From: a virus
IMG/VR virus record: IMGVR_UViG_3300043436_003324
Reading direction: 5' to 3' (one strand)
Length of the DNA: 64,000 bases
The translations under genes and the position numbers were made by a program. Shown piece after piece: positions 58,554-64,000 of the stretch (its first letter is position 1; every line of letters begins with the position of its first letter). The notes below the pieces were generated by a model. It had not been told where the DNA came from and did no database searches. It saw nothing but the letters and a program-made list of their open reading frames with translations.

Positions 58554-59149
58554 TGGTGGACATAATAAAATATGGAAACTTTAAATCTAAAAATGTATCA
58601 GATTTAAAAAAACAAATCATATTAATACATTCCTCCAGATATTCTGAAGAATATATTACATCCCTAAAATACAGGCACAACGAGTCATACAATAAAATAC
58701 CTAACTATTTTATTGATCGGGAAGGTAAAATAGTTAAGTTATTGGAGGATCAAGAATACTCAAAATTTTTTAATAAAAATGATTTAAATAAAAACGCAAT
58801 TTTTGTTTGTTTAGAAAATTTAGGTTGGTTAGAAAAACAACCATTAAAAACTGGTTACATTAACTGGATTGGCAATATTTATAATAGTGAAGTTTTCCAA
58901 AGAAGATGGAGAGATTATTATTATTGGCAACCATATACTGAAGATCAGATGAAATCTACTTCAGACTTATGTTTAAAATTATGTGGTGATAACAATATTG
59001 AGGTCAAAATTTTGGGAAACAACACAAAAATAAATGGTATTGAAAATTTTGAAGGTATTGTCACAAAAAGTAATTATTTAAGTGAGATTACAGACTTAAG
59101 TCCGGCCTTTAATTTTGAATTATTTAGTAAATTATTAGAAAATGAATAG
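58553..59149 (+). CDS. N-acetylmuramoyl-L-alanine amidase-like protein (Amidase_2 fold, possibly degenerate)
   Basis: IILIHS, PNYFIDREGKI, VCLEN, YTEDQ, TDLSPAF; second Zn-ligand His position reads IVTKSN. Confidence 0.7.
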   Translation: MVDIIKYGNFKSKNVSDLKKQIILIHSSRYSEEYITSLKYRHNESYNKIPNYFIDREGKIVKLLEDQEYSKFFNKNDLNKNAIFVCLENLGWLEKQPLKTGYINWIGNIYNSEVFQRRWRDYYYWQPYTEDQMKSTSDLCLKLCGDNNIEVKILGNNTKINGIENFEGIVTKSNYLSEITDLSPAFNFELFSKLLENE

Positions 59150-59717
59150 ACAGGAAGAAATAAAAAAATTATTGTCAGCATCAAGAAATCTTCTTAACAA
59201 AGATATGGTGAAGGAATCAACAGACATACTTAATAAGTATTACGGTATAATTAAGGAATCTGATGATGAATATGAAACCGCAGAACCCAACGACGAAGAT
59301 AATGAAGAAACTCCTGAAGATAGAAAGTTTGAAAAGAAAACAACCTATAGGATTTCAGGAGGACTTATGACAATAAATGGTAAAGATAAAAAAGAATTAC
59401 AATTAACAACAGACGATAAAAACGCATTTCAGGAATCAATGGACGAGTTTGTTGGTGAAGTATCTGAATTAGTTGATTTTAATACTCTTAATTTATACCC
59501 AAATAACGTAGAATGGTCAGGTAAAATACAAGACTTAGATATTGAATTTTTCTTCTCTATTGGTGAAACAAATGGGGTTTACATAAACGGAGATATGATA
59601 AACATTAATGATGAATTTGTTGAATTTACCACTAAGTTAAGAACTTATTACGAAAAGTTTAAGGCAAAATGGTCAAAAGTTATCGCTAACAGAAAAAAAA
59701 CACCAAAAGAAAAATGA
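59142..59717 (+). CDS. Hypothetical protein (191 aa)
   Basis: N-terminal EEIKKLL...VKES...IIKES then acidic linker. Confidence 0.75.
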   Translation: MNRQEEIKKLLSASRNLLNKDMVKESTDILNKYYGIIKESDDEYETAEPNDEDNEETPEDRKFEKKTTYRISGGLMTINGKDKKELQLTTDDKNAFQESMDEFVGEVSELVDFNTLNLYPNNVEWSGKIQDLDIEFFFSIGETNGVYINGDMININDEFVEFTTKLRTYYEKFKAKWSKVIANRKKTPKEK

Positions 59718-60067
59718 AAAATTTTTTAGTTAAATATTATAAAGAAATCTTATTAGTAGTATTAACATTATTATTAACAATAATTCTAATTAAGATATTT
59801 AAACCAATTGAAGATAGGTCTGAATTATTAAATTATAAGTTAGATCAATTAGATCAAAACATTAGTAAAGTTAAAAACTTACAACTACAATTAAATGATT
59901 CTATCACATCATATAAAAAAGATATTGAAAAGATTGATGAAAATATATTAAAAATAAAAAGTGAAAAAACAACCGTAAATAATTATTACGAACAAAAGAA
60001 AGATCAAATAAAAGGAATGGACAAAAAAGAAATTGACAGTTCGTTCAAACAAAGATACAAATATTAA
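59714..60067 (+). CDS. N-terminally anchored coiled-coil membrane protein
   Basis: ILLVVLTLLLTIILIKIF TM followed by heptads. Confidence 0.75.
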   Translation: MKNFLVKYYKEILLVVLTLLLTIILIKIFKPIEDRSELLNYKLDQLDQNISKVKNLQLQLNDSITSYKKDIEKIDENILKIKSEKTTVNNYYEQKKDQIKGMDKKEIDSSFKQRYKY

Positions 60068-60069
60068 TT

Positions 60070-60486
60070 ATGAAAAAAATTATTTTATTAACATTTTTTA
60101 TGGTGTCTTTTATAGGTTTTAGTCAAACTAAACCACAAAAAGAAGATACCACTACAATATGTTTTCCTGTTAATGTGGGGAAACAAATACTATTAGATCT
60201 TAATGACTTAGATAAATTAAAAAAACAATCTATTTTAGATCAAAAAGAAATAAAAGAATTAGAAACCAAAGTAATTAAAGAAGAGGGTGTTGTTAAATTT
60301 TTGGAACAAAAAGATAAAAATAGTGAAATAATAATAAAAGATACCGAAGAAAAGGTAACACTATTAGATACTGAAAACAAAGAGTTAAGAAAAGATATTA
60401 AAAAAATAAAAACAAAAAACACAATTATTGAAATAGTTTCAGGATCAATAGTTGGAGCATTAACATATATTTTAATTTTTAAATAA
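60070..60486 (+). CDS. Secreted/membrane coiled-coil protein
   Basis: Signal peptide MKKIILLTFFMVSFIGFS-Q, coiled coil, C-terminal hydrophobic anchor. Confidence 0.75.
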   Translation: MKKIILLTFFMVSFIGFSQTKPQKEDTTTICFPVNVGKQILLDLNDLDKLKKQSILDQKEIKELETKVIKEEGVVKFLEQKDKNSEIIIKDTEEKVTLLDTENKELRKDIKKIKTKNTIIEIVSGSIVGALTYILIFK

Positions 60487-60488
60487 AA

Positions 60489-61214
60489 ATGGAAGATTGG
60501 AAAGGGGCAATACAAAAAAGTTTTTCCGAAGTAATTGCAAATGCTAGAGGTTATGAGGGTGGAGGTCAATTAGACCCTACCTCTGCCATCCAATCAAAAA
60601 ACGATTTATTATCAACAATACAAACAGAAGAAGATAACGGAGAAAATACAAAAAATCATTATATGGATTTTTTAAAAGATAAGAAGGATATAATTGAAAT
60701 GTACAAACTTATTAGAAACAAAAAGTTATCAAAAAACAAGATAAAACAGGAGATGAAAAAATATTTAAAAGATCCTGAAGAATTAAAGGATTTTTTAGAA
60801 ATGGTAGTTACTACTAAAAAAAATAATACGGAAACCAAAGAGGCAACCGCAACAGGAGGATCAGGATCCTTTGAACCTTTATTTTCAGGTGAAGAACCTA
60901 AAAAAATTGAGGCCACGGAAGCGACTTCATCTTCATCTTCAGGATCATATGAAACAACAGGAGCTTGGGCCAAATCTATGAGTAAGAAAGATTGGAGAGG
61001 TAAATCCAAAACACAATTACCTGGAGGAAAATTCGTTCAGGTTAAAAAAAAATGTAAACGTTTTCCATATTGTAACCAAGGCGATATTAAAGCTCTTAAC
61101 ATTTTTGAGAATCAATCGGTAGAAAATGTAATAAAAAAGATAAGTGGTAAATATAAAATTCATGAGGATATTATTAAAGATATTATCTTAAGTGAAATGA
61201 ATAAACTTGGATAA
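60489..61214 (+). CDS. Hypothetical protein (241 aa)
   Basis: Duplicated EAT...GS(F/Y)E motif; CKRFPYC. Confidence 0.75.
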   Translation: MEDWKGAIQKSFSEVIANARGYEGGGQLDPTSAIQSKNDLLSTIQTEEDNGENTKNHYMDFLKDKKDIIEMYKLIRNKKLSKNKIKQEMKKYLKDPEELKDFLEMVVTTKKNNTETKEATATGGSGSFEPLFSGEEPKKIEATEATSSSSSGSYETTGAWAKSMSKKDWRGKSKTQLPGGKFVQVKKKCKRFPYCNQGDIKALNIFENQSVENVIKKISGKYKIHEDIIKDIILSEMNKLG

Positions 61215-61219
61215 TCATA

Positions 61220-61226
61220 TATTTAT
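61220..61226 (+). promoter_or_regulatory. Putative late promoter TATTTAT
   Basis: TATTTATA 13 nt before ATG 61240. Confidence 0.5.
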
Positions 61227-61239
61227 AATAAAAAAAGAA

Positions 61240-62346
61240 ATGAAAAACTATAGAGGAGAAATGTCCAAAAAATACGATACAATGAAATTCAATAAAGCAG
61301 GGAATTCTTTTGATTATGTTGAGGAAGAGATGGAAGAAGGAAACGCTTTTACTGATGCTCTTAGAAAAACAAAAAAAGGTGAAAAATTTAAATTAGGAAA
61401 TAAAGAATATATGGATAGATCTTCTTTAGAGGAGGATGAGACAATCTACGAATTTGAAGTTAATGAAAGTGACATCTGTGAGTGTGGTGGATTAAAAATG
61501 GAGGGAGAATGTTCTGAGTGTGGAATGAACGAATCTAGTCTTTTAGAAATTGAAGAAGACATGTATGACAATATGGAAAAAACATCTGATTTTTGGAATA
61601 AGGGAGAAAAAACATTTAGAACAAAAATGTATGAGTACGAAATATTCAACGATAAATTAGGTAGAACTGTAAGATTAAGTGAAGAACAAGTTGTTAATTT
61701 AATTGAGACTTTAGCTGAAGAGAAATTAAAACCATCTAAAAAAACAAGAGGTTATTCTGAATATGAAAGATCTTTTGATAAATCAGGAAAAGAAAATCAA
61801 GATTACTACAAAGAAGTCTCTAAAAAAATGAAAGATTATATGAAAGATGGATCTAAAGAGTCATTTACTATGGAACCTAAACATTTCCCAATGGGTAATG
61901 GGGAGATAGAAGAAATGGATAAGATGGCTTATGTTCCTTCAGATAGTGTTGCAGAATACGTTGAAAACTTTACTGCCGCAGCATTAGAAAATATTGAATA
62001 CGATGAATTCGCACCTAATAAAGAGTGGGTTGAAGATAATGTTCTTGGATCGTCAAGAACAGGAAACAACCCTAAATGGGCAAATGCGGTAGAAACACCA
62101 ACAAACAAAAGAAGAAATGAAATTAGAGAAAAGAATTTGTTAGGTCAAATTAAGAAAAAGGCTTATAATAAATCTCCACAACCTATTGTTAAAGATAGAC
62201 CAGGAAGTGATGATGCTTCTGATCTTTTAAATAAAGTTGAAAGTGGGGAAAAAAGAAGTAAAAGAAGTAGTAAAAAGTCTAAAAAAATTAACGAGGATTT
62301 AGAAAGAATCGGAAATTTAATTTCATACGGTAGAAAAACACAATAA
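61240..62346 (+). CDS. Acidic hypothetical late protein with CECG...CSEC knuckle
   Basis: Start moved from TTG 61207 to ATG 61240 after the late motif; VRLSEEQVVNLIETLAEE and INEDLERIGNLI motifs. Confidence 0.75.
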   Translation: MKNYRGEMSKKYDTMKFNKAGNSFDYVEEEMEEGNAFTDALRKTKKGEKFKLGNKEYMDRSSLEEDETIYEFEVNESDICECGGLKMEGECSECGMNESSLLEIEEDMYDNMEKTSDFWNKGEKTFRTKMYEYEIFNDKLGRTVRLSEEQVVNLIETLAEEKLKPSKKTRGYSEYERSFDKSGKENQDYYKEVSKKMKDYMKDGSKESFTMEPKHFPMGNGEIEEMDKMAYVPSDSVAEYVENFTAAALENIEYDEFAPNKEWVEDNVLGSSRTGNNPKWANAVETPTNKRRNEIREKNLLGQIKKKAYNKSPQPIVKDRPGSDDASDLLNKVESGEKRSKRSSKKSKKINEDLERIGNLISYGRKTQ

Positions 62347-62383
62347 TTTACATAAAAATATAATAACCTATAATTATCCATAG

Positions 62384-62857
62384 ATGAACTCTATGGATAA
62401 TTTTTTTAACTATATCTCTAAACCTATCAATAAAGAAGATATTGATACTTGGTTTAAAATTAACAATATTTTACCGGAAAAATTAGAATTGTATTATGAT
62501 TTTTCATATTCATTATATGATTTAATTAAAAAAACATTTTTAGGGGAGGAAGATAATTCTGAAACCAAAATAAAAATGTCGGAAGAAGATATAGTCAATC
62601 ATTTTAAATGGTGTTGGAATAAAACAATAGATAATTTTGGTAAAGAAGGTATATTTTTTACCAACGAGGGAAAACACTACGAATACTTCGTATTATTTTT
62701 TATAGAGATCTTTTATAATCAAAACGATAAAAAAATTAAAGAATCAATAGGGGAGTTTTTTGATGACATATTCAGCATAGAAAAAACTTTCACACAATCA
62801 GATCTTGACATAATGTTAAATATATACAAATCATTAGATAACAATTTAACTGTTTAA
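62384..62857 (+). CDS. Hypothetical protein (157 aa)
   Basis: Clean ORF; upstream TTTACA...TATAAT-like sequence. Confidence 0.75.
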   Translation: MNSMDNFFNYISKPINKEDIDTWFKINNILPEKLELYYDFSYSLYDLIKKTFLGEEDNSETKIKMSEEDIVNHFKWCWNKTIDNFGKEGIFFTNEGKHYEYFVLFFIEIFYNQNDKKIKESIGEFFDDIFSIEKTFTQSDLDIMLNIYKSLDNNLTV

Positions 62858-62917
62858 TATTTACTAAGATCTTAAAATTGATATTTTTAATATTAAATAA
62901 ACATATAATAATAAAAA

Positions 62918-63088
62918 ATGGAAACACTTGAAAAAATCAAAGTTTTAACAGAACAACTTAGCGTAGATACCACAAAATTTTTTGAGGGTAATAAAAGTGC
63001 GGGAACAAGAGCAAGAAAATCGGCTCAGGAGTTAAAGGCTTTAATGCAACAACTAAGAGGTGAAATTTTAGAAAGTAAAAAAGTATAA
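62918..63088 (+). CDS. Hc1/histone-H1-like small DNA-binding protein (Bacteroidota type)
   Basis: Not in track (56 aa): METLEKIKVLTEQLSVDTTKFFEGNKSAGTRARKSAQELKALMQQLRGEILESKKV; GNK(S/A)AGTRARK is the family signature. Confidence 0.8.
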   Translation: METLEKIKVLTEQLSVDTTKFFEGNKSAGTRARKSAQELKALMQQLRGEILESKKV

Positions 63089-63089
63089 T

Positions 63090-63284
63090 ATGACAAACAT
63101 TAATACATTATATCTTTTTGTATTTATATTTTCAATATTATCAATATTTAGAATTTTTCTAAAATTTGTTATTTCCCTACTACATAGTAATCCTAAACCA
63201 ATTGATTTAAGTGGTAGGGAAATATTTTTGTATGGTTTATCTTTAACTTATATAATAACATTTTTAATACAAACAAACGAATGA
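63090..63284 (+). CDS. Small two-TM membrane protein
   Basis: Two hydrophobic segments in 64 aa. Confidence 0.65.
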   Translation: MTNINTLYLFVFIFSILSIFRIFLKFVISLLHSNPKPIDLSGREIFLYGLSLTYIITFLIQTNE

Positions 63285-63697
63285 GCATGTTCCAAGAATT
63301 TAATATCTTATTTCCGTACTTACAATCGGTAAGAAAATTAAAAAATTATCTATCATTTGACATAGAATTTCCAGACACTTGGAAATTACCTAAAAAATTT
63401 GTCGATGAAAAAAGCGTACTAGAAAGTAAAACCCAAAACCCTAACGTAAGGTTGTTTTCTTTTGTTAGTGAATTTAATGAACAATTAATTGATAATCAGA
63501 TCACTAATATAAAAAATATAATTGCTTACAATAAGGAAAGAGAAGACAAAGACAAACTATTCCAACAAAAGATAGACGAACTAAAACATATTTTTGAAAA
63601 ACAAAAATTAAATGATCTACAAGGATTGAAATTTGAAATAAAATCACCTAAAATTGAGTTAGAAGATGATGAAGAAGAAAAGCAAATTGGAGGCTGA
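63281..63697 (+). CDS. Hypothetical protein (138 aa)
   Basis: ATGA overlap with upstream gene; C-terminal coiled coil. Confidence 0.7.
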   Translation: MSMFQEFNILFPYLQSVRKLKNYLSFDIEFPDTWKLPKKFVDEKSVLESKTQNPNVRLFSFVSEFNEQLIDNQITNIKNIIAYNKEREDKDKLFQQKIDELKHIFEKQKLNDLQGLKFEIKSPKIELEDDEEEKQIGG

Positions 63698-63866
63698 GAT
63701 TGATTGGTTAAAAAATGAAATAGAAAGAGACTCTAAAGATTTAAATTTTGAAAAAAATAACTTTATCAATAAGATCAAAGAATTAAAAAAAGAGGATATA
63801 TTACCAAAAAAACCTAAGAAACTTACTTTATGGGAGAAACTGAAAAAAATATTAATGATATCTTAG
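63666..63866 (+). CDS. Hypothetical protein (up to 66 aa; start uncertain)
   Basis: Overlapping ORF ending KPKKLTLWEKLKKIL. Confidence 0.55.
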   Translation: MMKKKSKLEAEIDWLKNEIERDSKDLNFEKNNFINKIKELKKEDILPKKPKKLTLWEKLKKILMIS

Positions 63867-64000
63867 AAAAATTAGTTATTGTTACTGATGCCGCTAATAA
63901 TATTTTTCCTTCAGGAAAAACAATTTTGGTGTATGAATTAGACAATGAAGACTTTAAAGAAGTACAAAAAAATTTTAGAAAAGTTGATAGTAATAGATTA
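63830..64000 (+). CDS. 3'-truncated hypothetical protein
   Basis: ATG 63830 opens MGETEKNINDILEKLVIVTDAANNIFPSGK... with no stop before the window end. Confidence 0.6.
   Translation, partial: MGETEKNINDILEKLVIVTDAANNIFPSGKTILVYELDNEDFKEVQKNFRKVDSNRL

Noticed and set aside
1-64000. Stop-codon reassignment, as seen in some large gut phages
   Set aside because: ORFs up to 2131 aa are intact in the standard code, genes tile the window, and TAG, TGA and TAA all end recognisable genes
1-64000. tRNA, rRNA, group I/II introns, inteins or a diversity-generating retroelement
   Set aside because: Intergenic gaps are short and show no cloverleaf or intron features; RNR, helicase and RecA have normal lengths; no reverse transcriptase or template/variable repeat pair seen

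Overview
A 64-kb, very AT-rich (roughly 30% GC by eye, not computed), densely coding segment of a large T4-like contractile-tailed (jumbo-type) bacteriophage, read in the standard code and almost entirely on the + strand. Baseplate/tail genes (LysM/gpX-like, hub, gp25-, gp6/J-, gp7/I-like, fibre and decoration proteins) alternate with replication/recombination genes (gp32-like SSB, RecA/UvsX, 5'-3' exonuclease, DnaB, class II RNR, RuvC-like, primase, PD-(D/E)XK nuclease, SbcD/SbcC), a sigma-70 factor, an amidase-like gene and many hypotheticals. A Bacteroidota host is suggested by TTG-N19/20-TAnnTTT(G/T) promoter-like motifs, A-rich starts without Shine-Dalgarno sites, SprB-like repeats, a Bacteroidota-like sigma factor and an Hc1/histone-H1-like protein. 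No tRNA, rRNA, CRISPR array, intron, intein or transposase was seen. The most striking observation is a soluble GT-A-like protein (38398-39375) whose motifs resemble plant protein O-glycosyltransferases (SERGT1/HPAT type). It sits amid five Cys-rich putative virion proteins carrying at least ten mucin-like Pro-Thr/Thr-rich tracts, a candidate phage-encoded virion O-glycosylation system. All family assignments come from motif recognition, not database searches.
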